Made by a program: the position numbers and the translations under genes | Shown: piece after piece, positions 50,963 to 60,061 of the stretch | How positions within the stretch are numbered: position 1 is the stretch's first letter | Layout of the letters: every line of letters starts with the position of its first letter | The notes under the pieces: generated by a model | What the model was told of the DNA's origin: nothing | The model's input: only the letters and a program-made list of their open reading frames with translations | The model's database searches: none | DNA from: Desulfovibrionales bacterium | GTDB lineage: Bacteria > Desulfobacterota > Desulfovibrionia > Desulfovibrionales > JBKHAV01 | DNA length: 60,074 nt | Assembly (NCBI GenBank): GCA_046542715.1 | Contig: JBKHAV010000004.1 | Span: 1-60,074, forward strand | Direction of reading: 5' to 3'

Positions 50963-51463
50963 ATGTCTCCCTATGAACACTCCCATCAAGGTCCTCCCAT
51001 CACCATCGTTGGTGCCGGCAACTGGCTCGTTTCCTGCGACAGGATCGGACCCAGGGTCCTGCAGCTTTGCCAGAGGAGATACGGTTCCGGGGTGGAACTG
51101 TTCGACAGCGGAAGCGCCGGACTGGCACTGCTGGACTGCATCAGGGGACAGGATCTCCTGATGGTGGTGGATGCGTGCAAGCACGGTGGCCCGAGCGGGG
51201 AAATCACAATCAGGGAGATGGATTTTATTTCGGATCTCACCCATGGACCGAGCGTTCATCAGATTGGACCCCTTGAAACTCTCGTCGTGGCCAGACATTT
51301 GTATCCGGAACGATTGCCCCGGCGCGTGTTGCTGGTCATGGTCGAAACCGAAGGAATGATGGAATCGGATCTGGACAGTGTCTGCAGACGGGTCATTGCC
51401 CTATTGGACAGGGAAATCTTCGACTGGCGGAAGCAGCATGAGCAGGAAATTCAATCCGTTTAA
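50963..51463 (+). CDS. Hydrogenase maturation protease (HybD/HycI family)
   Basis: IVGAGNWL, VVDA and SVH motifs; adjacent to the hydrogenase genes. Confidence 0.85.
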   Translation: MSPYEHSHQGPPITIVGAGNWLVSCDRIGPRVLQLCQRRYGSGVELFDSGSAGLALLDCIRGQDLLMVVDACKHGGPSGEITIREMDFISDLTHGPSVHQIGPLETLVVARHLYPERLPRRVLLVMVETEGMMESDLDSVCRRVIALLDREIFDWRKQHEQEIQSV

Positions 51464-51562
51464 CCCCACATGGGCTCGACAACGATGGTTGGCTGCGAAT
51501 TTTCAGCAGTTTGCATCCATCGCCGCATCGCTTTGAACCGGCCAATAGCAGAAGGAGTTGGA

Positions 51563-52054
51563 ATGGATACGCCTGAAAAGTTAAAATATTTACAGGGAAG
51601 CATGATTTTTCTGGCCTCAGTGGCCAATGGTCTGGAGGAACTTGTCGGCCGTGGAGCGCCAAGTGTCACGTTCAGGGCCGGCAGGAATATCGGGCTGAAG
51701 GCCAAGGTCTCCCGAAAGGAGACAGAACTGTTGGAGGCGTTTGCCGGTGTGCGGGACGAACTGCACAATTTGGGAATGCGCTGGGAGTTTGAACCCTACC
51801 AGAAAAAATCCGAAGCCGATCTGGTCACCACAACCGAGGACGGGATGGAGCTCAAACTCGTCTTTCGAGATTGCATGGTTCGTTCCTGTCAATTCTGCTA
51901 CGGACATCCCCAGAAAAATTCGCTTTGCATGCTCCAGCACGGCATCTTTTGCGGTCTTTTGCAGCAGATTTACGGGGCGTGGGCCGATTACGAGCCCATC
52001 CATTCCGGTGAAAACGCCTGCATCGGCATGCTCAAAATCAAGGCAAAAGGATAG
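51563..52054 (+). CDS. V4R-like (hydrocarbon/small-ligand-binding) protein
   Basis: AAGGAG RBS; RAGRNIG helix, DCMVR...LCMLQHGIFCG and terminal NAC pattern. Confidence 0.65.
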   Translation: MDTPEKLKYLQGSMIFLASVANGLEELVGRGAPSVTFRAGRNIGLKAKVSRKETELLEAFAGVRDELHNLGMRWEFEPYQKKSEADLVTTTEDGMELKLVFRDCMVRSCQFCYGHPQKNSLCMLQHGIFCGLLQQIYGAWADYEPIHSGENACIGMLKIKAKG

Positions 52055-52059
52055 ATCCC

Positions 52060-52980
52060 ATGGCTGCAAATCCAAAATTGTCTGTGGAGTGGCTGTCTGT
52101 TTGCTCCGGATGTGAGCTGGGCATCGTCGATATGCACGAAAAACTGCTCACGGTGCTTGAACAGGTTGATCTTGTCCGTCTGCCCATCCTTATGGACACC
52201 AAGGACTATGTCGATGCTGACATCGGGATCATCACCGGATCCATACGAACGGAGCATGACCTTGAATCGGCCAGAAAAATGCGCAAAGCGTGCAAGCTGA
52301 TCATGGCCTTTGGGACATGTGCCGTATACGGCGGCCCCCAGGGTGCGGCCTATGCCCATACCAACGAAGAACTCTTTGACCGGGCGTTTGTGAACAATGC
52401 CACCACATCGACCAGCACCGTACCCAGCGATGTCCCCAAGCTTCTGGACCATTCCCGGCCTCTGGATTCCGAGATCAAAGTGGACTTGTACATGCCCGGC
52501 TGCCCCCCGCATGCGGCGTTTATCTTCGAGGGGCTTGCGTCGCTATTGAAGGCGCGAAAATCCAAGATCGGGCGGCACTCCGTCTGTTACCGGTGCAGAA
52601 GGGTTATGAAGAAGACGGATGTCGCCACCATCCAGCGCACCATTGACAAGGATTTCGACCCGGAGCTCTGCTTTCTTTCCCAGGGGTGCCTCTGTTTCGG
52701 GTCTGTCACCCTGGACCGCTGCCTGTCTCCATGCATGAGCAATGGGGTGCCGTGCTTTTCCTGCGGCGGACCCACTTCGGACATCATCCTTGAACCGCAA
52801 AAGGATGTCCGCAGTCAGGTTGCCCTGCGCATGGCACACCTGACCAAAATTCCCTACGAAGAAATCGTGCATTCCATCGAGAAGCAGGCCAAAACCCATT
52901 TCGCTTATGCCATGGCATCTCCGGTCTTCCGTCAGAAACCGACCTTTCTGCTGAAGAAGTGGATGCAGAGCGAACAATAA
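52060..52980 (+). CDS. [NiFe]-hydrogenase small subunit, MvhG-like (group 3)
   Basis: CSGC, FGTCA, PGCPP, CYRC, CFLSQGCLCFG and C..PC...GVPCFSC ligands; no Tat signal. Confidence 0.9.
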   Translation: MAANPKLSVEWLSVCSGCELGIVDMHEKLLTVLEQVDLVRLPILMDTKDYVDADIGIITGSIRTEHDLESARKMRKACKLIMAFGTCAVYGGPQGAAYAHTNEELFDRAFVNNATTSTSTVPSDVPKLLDHSRPLDSEIKVDLYMPGCPPHAAFIFEGLASLLKARKSKIGRHSVCYRCRRVMKKTDVATIQRTIDKDFDPELCFLSQGCLCFGSVTLDRCLSPCMSNGVPCFSCGGPTSDIILEPQKDVRSQVALRMAHLTKIPYEEIVHSIEKQAKTHFAYAMASPVFRQKPTFLLKKWMQSEQ

Positions 52981-52997
52981 GCAATCAGGAGCCCCCC

Positions 52998-54392
52998 ATG
53001 TCACGTCAGATAGCGATTGATCCCATCACCAGAATCGAGGGACATGCCAGTGTCACCATCGATGTGGATGATGACAACCACATCTCCGGCGCCCTGTTCA
53101 GAGTCATGGACTTTCGTGGCTTTGAAACGTTTCTCCAGGGCATGCAGGTAGAGATGATGCCGACGATGACCGCGAGAATCTGCGGCACCTGTCCTGTGAC
53201 CCACCATGTGGCCGCATCACGCGCCGTGGATAAGGTTTTCGGTGCGACCATTCCGGAATCGGCTGAGGCCATGCGCAATATCCTCAATCTCGGAGCGCTG
53301 ATCAGTTCGCACGCCGTGCACTTTTTTGCCCTGGCCGGCCCCGACCTTCTTCTCGGCCTGGATGCGGACCCTGCAGAACGGAACATCATCGGCATGGTCA
53401 AGAAGCACCCTGCCATGTCCAAGAGCGCCTTGAGGCTGCGGACCATAGGACAGAACATCGTGGAACTGGTCGGGGGACGTGGGACCCATCCGGTTGCAAG
53501 CGTTCCGGGCGGGATGGCCGCCCCGTTGTCCAAGGAGAAGCTTCAGAAGTTGAAGGACCTTGTGGCCGAGGGGATGAATCTGGGGCAAAAACTGTACACG
53601 GCGGCCGCATCCATTCTCGGGACAAAAAAAGAGCTGATGCATTCCCTGCCCTTGGAGACCAACTATCTGGGAACGGTTTCAGACGGAGTTTTGGATTTCT
53701 ACAAGGGTGATATGCGATTCAAGAAAATCGACGGTACCAGTCTCGATGTTCCAGAAGACAACTGGGCTTCCCATATCTCAGAACAGGCAGTGGGGCATTC
53801 CTATGGAAAGTACGTTCTTTTCGATGCCGCCGGAGAGTCTCTCTCCTACCGCGTCGGCCCGCTGGCCAGACTCAACTGTGCAGACAGCATCGACACCCCC
53901 CTTGCCAATGCGGAACTGGAGAAGTTTCGTCATCAATTCGGGGCGATCTGTCATGAAACCGCTGCCTACCACTCCGCACGCATGATCGAACTTCTGCACG
54001 CGCTGGAAAAGCTGCAGAAGCTCGTCAGCAGTGATGCGCTCAAGAGCGACACGGTCAAGTCTCAGCTCGGTTCCCCGCGCAATGCCACAGCCCACGTCGA
54101 AGCGCCCCGCGGCATTTTGATCCATGACTATCAGGTGGATGGCGATGGAATTGTCACCAGAGCCAACCTGCTGGTCGCCACCCAGCAGAATCTGGAGGCT
54201 ATTGATTCCACCATCAAAATGTCTGCGGAACGATATATCGACCAGCCCGACAATCTTCTGCTCAATGCCGTCGAGTTCGGAATCCGGTGTTATGACCCCT
54301 GTCTGTCCTGCGCTACCCACCGGATGGGTGAGATGAAGCTGGAAGTGGTCATCAGGCGGAATGGAAAATTCATCCGCAGAGCAAGGAGATAA
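52998..54392 (+). CDS. [NiFe]-hydrogenase large subunit, MvhA-like (group 3)
   Basis: TRIEGH, RGFE, L1 RICGTC, EAPRG and L2 YDPCLSCATH followed by a cleavable 23-aa tail. Confidence 0.95.
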   Translation: MSRQIAIDPITRIEGHASVTIDVDDDNHISGALFRVMDFRGFETFLQGMQVEMMPTMTARICGTCPVTHHVAASRAVDKVFGATIPESAEAMRNILNLGALISSHAVHFFALAGPDLLLGLDADPAERNIIGMVKKHPAMSKSALRLRTIGQNIVELVGGRGTHPVASVPGGMAAPLSKEKLQKLKDLVAEGMNLGQKLYTAAASILGTKKELMHSLPLETNYLGTVSDGVLDFYKGDMRFKKIDGTSLDVPEDNWASHISEQAVGHSYGKYVLFDAAGESLSYRVGPLARLNCADSIDTPLANAELEKFRHQFGAICHETAAYHSARMIELLHALEKLQKLVSSDALKSDTVKSQLGSPRNATAHVEAPRGILIHDYQVDGDGIVTRANLLVATQQNLEAIDSTIKMSAERYIDQPDNLLLNAVEFGIRCYDPCLSCATHRMGEMKLEVVIRRNGKFIRRARR

Positions 54393-54395
54393 CCC

Positions 54396-55112
54396 ATGCC
54401 CAAAGTTTCTATAGCGGAAAATGGCTGCAGAGGGTGCACATTGTGCGAAGACATCTGCCCTGTCGATGTTTTCAGTTGCAACCCGGAAACGAATCTTGCT
54501 TCGGTCGTTGCTGCGGAAGATTGCATAGGCTGTCTGTCATGCATGTATGTCTGCCCGTCGCAATGCATCACTGTCTCAGACGTCACAATGATTCGACCGT
54601 TTCACAGAATCGAGGAGAACGTCGCCCTTGTGGATCAATTCCTCCAGACGCAGCCGGCCGCCGAAGTATTAACCGGAGAAGAACTCGATCAAGCCTACCA
54701 TGAGGTCGGCATTTTGCTGGCAGAATTTGCTGAGGCAATAACCGAGGTTCTGGGAAGAGGTCATAAATCAGTCGGGCGCAGAGCAGGAACGGTAGCCGCA
54801 TCACATCTTCCTGAAATGTATGAGGAAGATGTTTTGGACGATTTGCTGAAGCACATGAACCAGCGGTTCGGAAGCAGCTTTGATTTTACGTATTCGATAT
54901 CTGATCAGACCGACGTCAGCCTCTGCGTTCAGCCCTGTGGACTTTTGCAGGCAATCCGCACGGCCGGGGAAGAACCAGGGGAGTCGGTACTCTGCCTGCT
55001 CTTCCACGAGTACTGGGCGGCTCTGATCAGTTCCTTTACAGGTGCAAAGTACTCGTACAAGGTCCAGGAGGCCGGTGAAAAATGCTGCATGACTCTGCAG
55101 CCGCTTGAATGA
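54396..55112 (+). CDS. 2[4Fe-4S] ferredoxin fused to a V4R-like domain
   Basis: CRGCTLCEDICP and CIGCLSCMYVCP; the C-terminal domain resembles the 51563 protein. Confidence 0.8.
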   Translation: MPKVSIAENGCRGCTLCEDICPVDVFSCNPETNLASVVAAEDCIGCLSCMYVCPSQCITVSDVTMIRPFHRIEENVALVDQFLQTQPAAEVLTGEELDQAYHEVGILLAEFAEAITEVLGRGHKSVGRRAGTVAASHLPEMYEEDVLDDLLKHMNQRFGSSFDFTYSISDQTDVSLCVQPCGLLQAIRTAGEEPGESVLCLLFHEYWAALISSFTGAKYSYKVQEAGEKCCMTLQPLE

Positions 55113-55192
55113 TATCAGGGCAGCGGATTGGGCCAATAGGCTCTTTATCACTATATTTGTAAACTGAACACATCTGCTGAAGGAGAAGAACG

Positions 55193-55561
55193 ATGGCTAG
55201 CAAGACGGAAAAAATCACGGAAATTTTGCGGGGACTCCGCGTCAGTTCGCCGGATATCTTCGGTGCAGCCGTAGTCAGTCTGGACGGCTTTCTCATTGCT
55301 GCCGTGGCCCCCTCAGAGATTGACGAAGAGCTTGTGGCAGGTATGTCAGCGGCACTGCTTGGAACTGGTGAACGCATTTCCTCGGAACTTATGCGTTCCC
55401 CTTTGACCCAAATCTACGTGAAGTCCGATAAGGGGTTTGTCATTTTGAACTCGGTAGGTTCGGAATCGGTCCTTGTGCTCCTGGTCTCGAGCGAAGCGAA
55501 ACTCGGACTCATCTTTCTTGAACTGCGGCGGATGATCCCTGCTTTGCAGAAGGTCATTTAA
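55193..55561 (+). CDS. Roadblock/LC7 (MglB-like) protein
   Basis: AAVVSLDGFLIA, VAGMSAALLG.GER and AKLGLIFLE motifs. Confidence 0.9.
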   Translation: MASKTEKITEILRGLRVSSPDIFGAAVVSLDGFLIAAVAPSEIDEELVAGMSAALLGTGERISSELMRSPLTQIYVKSDKGFVILNSVGSESVLVLLVSSEAKLGLIFLELRRMIPALQKVI

Positions 55562-55575
55562 AAAGAGAGATCAAT

Positions 55576-56232
55576 TTGCAAACCAGACTCATTGCGGGCA
55601 TCGTTCTGTGCCTGGCCCTTGGGATGGCGGACATCGTGTACCTGAATCTTCAGGTCATGCCTTCTATTTGGGCCACGCGGCTTCCCCAGGGTTCGGCACC
55701 ATCGGACACGATTTCTGGTGGTGCATCATCTGCAATGAGCCAATCGTTTGAGAGCCGAAAAGTGGACCCGGTTGAAGTGGATGTTTCGCTTCAGCCGCAA
55801 TCGAGTGGAAATCCGGAACAGAGTGCAGATTCCACGGCACAAAGATCTTCTCGTGAACACGCGAACACTTCCGATGTTCAGGGGCATGTCTCTGAAGTCG
55901 TGCTGAACTTCCCCCCTCTGGGGTTCAGGTTAGAGCCTGAACAGGTCGCAAAGCTCAGCCGAGTCCTGGATCAGCTCCCGAGCCGTGGGCAAATCCGGGT
56001 CCACATCAGCGGCCACAGCGACAGAACCGGCTATAATTCGGTGGACAACACCAAGCTCAGCCGGCAGCGTGCTGAATCCATTGCTGTGTTTTTGCAGGGG
56101 AGGGGTTTCCCTGCAGAACAGATCACACTTGAGGCACATGGTGCCTCGCAGCCTGTAGACAGGAACAATACTCCTGCTGCCTGGGCAAAGAACCGACGGG
56201 CAGAGGTACGCTTTTTCGAGGACAGATCATGA
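55576..56232 (+). CDS. Membrane-anchored OmpA/MotB-like peptidoglycan-binding protein
   Basis: N-terminal TM; GHSDRTG...N..LS.QRA and NRRAE motifs. Confidence 0.85.
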   Translation: MQTRLIAGIVLCLALGMADIVYLNLQVMPSIWATRLPQGSAPSDTISGGASSAMSQSFESRKVDPVEVDVSLQPQSSGNPEQSADSTAQRSSREHANTSDVQGHVSEVVLNFPPLGFRLEPEQVAKLSRVLDQLPSRGQIRVHISGHSDRTGYNSVDNTKLSRQRAESIAVFLQGRGFPAEQITLEAHGASQPVDRNNTPAAWAKNRRAEVRFFEDRS

Positions 56233-57443
56233 CATTGACGCCAGAAATGATTGCGTGGATCGCCTCTTTTGCCGGAGCGCTTCTTTTTTTCATTGCCGGT
56301 TTTCTTTTGGCGAACCTGAGGGGTGTTTCTGCGACCGGGCAGGGTGCCACGAGACGCGGCCCCGTGGTCGGAGAAACCAGAGATCCTTCCCCCGGGGAGA
56401 ACTTCAATGACTCTTCTCCTCAGGAGATCCGGGCGTCTGATGCAATCCTTCGGGAACTCGAAGAGTACAAAAAGCTTCATGAACAGCAAAAGGAGGAGAA
56501 CAAGTCCATTTTTGCGGCCGCAAAAAGTCGGATCGTCAAAATGAAACGACAAGTGGAAACGACCAATGCAGCCGTTACGGAACTCAAGGCAAAGCTCAGC
56601 GCTGCCCATCGAAAACTGGCAGAGGCTGAATCCGAAAAGACCACATTGTCCGGCGAACTGCAGCGTGTCCGTGAGGAACTCGCATCCCGAAGCGATGGTG
56701 CCGCGGCATCTGCCAGAGAAGAAGAACTCCACCGTGAACTTGCCCTCAAGACGGAGAAATTCGACGAGCAGGTCAGATATCTGGAGAAACTGGAGGAAAC
56801 GAACCGCGAGTTGGCTTCGCAGGCAAAAATCCTCGAAGATGAGATGAAAAGGCTTGCCGACCTTGAAAGCACCAACCAAGAACTTTCGATCAAATCGGAA
56901 CGGCTCCAGGACCGGATCAGGGAAATGGAGAGCCTCAAAGAGGAAAATCGCACCCTCAAATCAAATCTTGTCGAGCTTGAAGCTTCCCATAATGAGATTG
57001 CCCGCCTGAAAAAGGAAAACGCGAAACTCAACTCCATGGGAATCGTAATCCAGGAACCACCCAAACCAAGCACGGTGCTCGCTTCTCCCGATGGGTTCGG
57101 AGGCGCCTGTCAGAATGTGGTGAACCAGCTTTCCAAGCCCAAAACCTCCCGTGGCGTCGTCCTTGCCGACGAACTGGGACTGCTCATTGCAGGAACAGGC
57201 GATCACACGGAATCCATGGCTGCAATGGCAGCGATTTTTTCAACCATGAGCGAACGAGTGGGGTCCATTCTTCCTTTCAGTGAGATCGATCAGATCACCA
57301 TCGCCAATATGGACAAACTCACCCTGACCATGCAGCCTTATGAAATTGCATCCGACAAACTCATTGTCACGGCATTGTCTGTGGGACCGGGCCCGACCCG
57401 TGAGGAAGTGACCGAACTCATCAAGCAGAACGCTGCGGCATAG
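56229..57443 (+). CDS. Membrane-anchored coiled-coil protein with C-terminal Roadblock-like domain
   Basis: N-terminal TM, about 200 aa of E/K/L-rich heptads, then RGVVLADELGLLIAG...MAAMAA. Confidence 0.75.
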   Translation: MTLTPEMIAWIASFAGALLFFIAGFLLANLRGVSATGQGATRRGPVVGETRDPSPGENFNDSSPQEIRASDAILRELEEYKKLHEQQKEENKSIFAAAKSRIVKMKRQVETTNAAVTELKAKLSAAHRKLAEAESEKTTLSGELQRVREELASRSDGAAASAREEELHRELALKTEKFDEQVRYLEKLEETNRELASQAKILEDEMKRLADLESTNQELSIKSERLQDRIREMESLKEENRTLKSNLVELEASHNEIARLKKENAKLNSMGIVIQEPPKPSTVLASPDGFGGACQNVVNQLSKPKTSRGVVLADELGLLIAGTGDHTESMAAMAAIFSTMSERVGSILPFSEIDQITIANMDKLTLTMQPYEIASDKLIVTALSVGPGPTREEVTELIKQNAAA

Positions 57444-57474
57444 CAGGGGGTGAAAAATTCCCACGCAAGACGCG

Positions 57475-57771
57475 CTACCGCGTTGTCACGCTGGATTTTT
57501 TCTTGTTAATTTGAGGTTCAAACCCCTTCCGCTCCTTGTTTTGCTTGAAAATTTCTAAAGTCCTCTCCCATTCTGCCGGAAGACAAAAATCCTCCTCCAG
57601 GATTTCAAAAAATTCTCCACCACCGAGGTTGAGTTCATCCCTTTCCGGATGGTGCTCCTTTAACCATCGCAATGCCTCTTTGGCTTCAGTCATGTTGTCT
57701 GCCGTGAAGCAGTCGATGGGTTTTTTGGTGCCGTCAGCAAGCATTTTGCAAAGCAGAAATTTTCTTGCCAT
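57475..57771 (-). CDS. Small hypothetical protein
   Basis: AAGGAGA RBS before MARKFLLC; 98 aa. Confidence 0.65.
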   Translation of the reverse strand: MARKFLLCKMLADGTKKPIDCFTADNMTEAKEALRWLKEHHPERDELNLGGGEFFEILEEDFCLPAEWERTLEIFKQNKERKGFEPQINKKKSSVTTR

Positions 57772-57867
57772 GGGTTCTCCTTGTCCGACATCCTGCCGTT
57801 GATACGTGGAGAAAAGATTTGTGAAGGACCAATCCTTTCTGCGCCACGATATCATGGAAACCAGACC

Positions 57868-59022
57868 TCAAGGAAGTGGACGAAGGTGTTGACCGGCTTT
57901 CCAGGCCAAAAGGACGGCGAGCCCCAGGACACCGGAAAGGCAAAGCACAAAGACTTCCCAGCCGAAATCCCTGTAGATGAATCCCGGCAGATAGGAACCA
58001 AGGGTTCCCCCAAGATAGTAAAAGGCGATGTACAAGCCGTTGACCACTCCCTTGTGTTCTCGCTCGCGGGCATTGAGCACCCCGGGGGCCAGGGAATGGA
58101 CAAAGAACATGGATCCGCAAAAAAGGAACATGATCATGTACAGCCAGATTTCCATTGGGAAGAGGAACAGGAACAGGGAAATGAGATACAGCATCAGCCC
58201 GATCACCAGGGCCCGAGGTTCGCCACCAAGTCGAAGCGCTGTTCGGGTGGATGTCAGGGAAGCGATCAGACCGGCGAGATAGCCAAAGTATAGAAAGGCC
58301 GCCCGGAGTTCTGTATTTGCCTGGGAAAACTCTTCCAAACGGAAGGGGAGAAAATTCAGCAGGGCTTGAAAGACAAAGAAAAGACAAAAGATAGCCGAAA
58401 ATATCGGCAAAAATCCTCGTTTCATCACGATGTTCCAGGCCAATTTCAGAGTCAAAGCCTGTTTTTGTTCGGGCTTGGGCGAGGAAGGAAAGGCGAAAAG
58501 AAACAGTGCATTTATCAGCAAAGCCAATGCCATGACCCAGAAGGAGGCCCTCCAGCCGAACCAGGCTGCGATTATGCCGGAGCCGAATCGTCCGAGAAAT
58601 CCTCCCAGGATTGTCGACGTCACGTACAGGGCCATGACCCGTCCCACACTCTGTTTCGTCGCCTGGGCAGAGGTCGTGGTCATCAGCGCTGTAAGGGTCG
58701 CGGGAATAAGAAATCCCTGCACCGCACGAAGCAGCACGACAAGGGGGAAGGACGAGGACATCGCAATTCCCGCTTCAGTCACAGAAAGCAGAAAGACGCT
58801 GACTTGGATCATGAGCTTCGGTGAAAATCGCTCCAACAGGATTCCATAAACAATCGGAGCAAAACCGAGCGGGAGGAGGGTGACCGTAACCAGGAGTCCT
58901 GCGGTGGGCCTGGTGACGTCAAAGAATCGGGCAAGAGTGGGAAGCAGTGGCTGTGGCGTATACAGTGCCGCAATGGCCAGTATTGTTGTTGCGGTAGCGA
59001 GATAAGGACCGGGCTTATGCAT
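57868..59022 (-). CDS. MFS transporter (YnfM-like)
   Basis: LYTPQPLLP, GGFLGR and NGLYIAFYYLGG motifs; 12 TM. Confidence 0.88.
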   Translation of the reverse strand: MHKPGPYLATATTILAIAALYTPQPLLPTLARFFDVTRPTAGLLVTVTLLPLGFAPIVYGILLERFSPKLMIQVSVFLLSVTEAGIAMSSSFPLVVLLRAVQGFLIPATLTALMTTTSAQATKQSVGRVMALYVTSTILGGFLGRFGSGIIAAWFGWRASFWVMALALLINALFLFAFPSSPKPEQKQALTLKLAWNIVMKRGFLPIFSAIFCLFFVFQALLNFLPFRLEEFSQANTELRAAFLYFGYLAGLIASLTSTRTALRLGGEPRALVIGLMLYLISLFLFLFPMEIWLYMIMFLFCGSMFFVHSLAPGVLNAREREHKGVVNGLYIAFYYLGGTLGSYLPGFIYRDFGWEVFVLCLSGVLGLAVLLAWKAGQHLRPLP

Positions 59023-59215
59023 TGAAAACGTCCTGAGATAAATCGAACGGTGGTGCTATGGCATGAAATCTTCGGTTCCACAAGCGGACCGGAGGCAGAT
59101 TTCCGTACCCGGTAGCATTGCCTATGAAGACCCTGCAACGAAAATGTCCTTGCAACCTGTGATGCCTCCTCGTATTGTCCCCGACCTCTTTGCATTGAAA
59201 AAGCAGGAAAATCGG

Positions 59216-60061
59216 ATGAATTATCAGGAACTTCTTGCAGTTTCCTATGGAATGGGCGCAGCTCTGTCCTGGGGTACAGGTGACTTTTCCGGCGGCATCG
59301 CCTCCAAAACCAGCGGTGCCCTCGGGGTGGTGCTGTTCAGCTACATGGTCGGCATTTGCATGCTGCTTGTTTTTGCCATTGTTCAGGGAAGTCCGATTCC
59401 GGACACGCGCATTCTCGGGCTGGGCATTGCCGCCGGAGTTACTTCTGTCCTGGGGTTGACCTCGCTCTATCGAGGCCTCGCTTCCGGGCGGATGAGCATT
59501 GTGGCTCCTGTTGCCGCGGTGGTTACGGCAGCGGTTCCCGTTCTGTTCGGCATGGCCGTGGAAGGAGTTCCAGGGAATCTCAAGCTTGCCGGGTTTCTTG
59601 CGGCGTTTGCCGCGATCTGGCTCTTGTGCGCTCCGGATCGTGAGATTCCCCTGCGCCTCAAGGATTTGAAGCTGCCTCTTGTTGCCGGGGTGAGTTTCGG
59701 GATCTCGTTCATCTTCATCGACAGGGCTGCAGAGGTTTCCGTGCTCTGGCCGCTGATCGTTGCCAAAGGCACAGGAGTCCTCATTCTGCTTTCTGTCTTT
59801 ACCCTGAGAAGGATGGGAACCCGGCCGAGAAAAAAAGATTTCCCCCTAATTTTTCTGGCCGGAGTTCTTGATTCCGCTGGAGGGATTTTTTTTGCTCTGG
59901 CCGCGAGCACCGGGCGGCTGGACATCGCTGCGGTCTTGTCTTCCATGTACCCTGCCGGTACGGTTTTGCTGGCCTGGCTGGTGCTCAAAGAGAGCCTTTC
60001 CAGTCGAAGAATGACGGGAATTCTTGCTGCACTGATCGCTCTGGTCTTGATTGCCTCGTGA
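59216..60061 (+). CDS. DMT/EamA family transporter
   Basis: WGTGDFSGG, GRMSIVAP and LSSMYP...LKE motifs. Confidence 0.88.
   Translation: MNYQELLAVSYGMGAALSWGTGDFSGGIASKTSGALGVVLFSYMVGICMLLVFAIVQGSPIPDTRILGLGIAAGVTSVLGLTSLYRGLASGRMSIVAPVAAVVTAAVPVLFGMAVEGVPGNLKLAGFLAAFAAIWLLCAPDREIPLRLKDLKLPLVAGVSFGISFIFIDRAAEVSVLWPLIVAKGTGVLILLSVFTLRRMGTRPRKKDFPLIFLAGVLDSAGGIFFALAASTGRLDIAAVLSSMYPAGTVLLAWLVLKESLSSRRMTGILAALIALVLIAS

Noticed and set aside
52998-54392. Selenocysteine ([NiFeSe]) hydrogenase
   Set aside because: The L2 motif is encoded with Cys codons (DPCLSC) and has no in-frame TGA.
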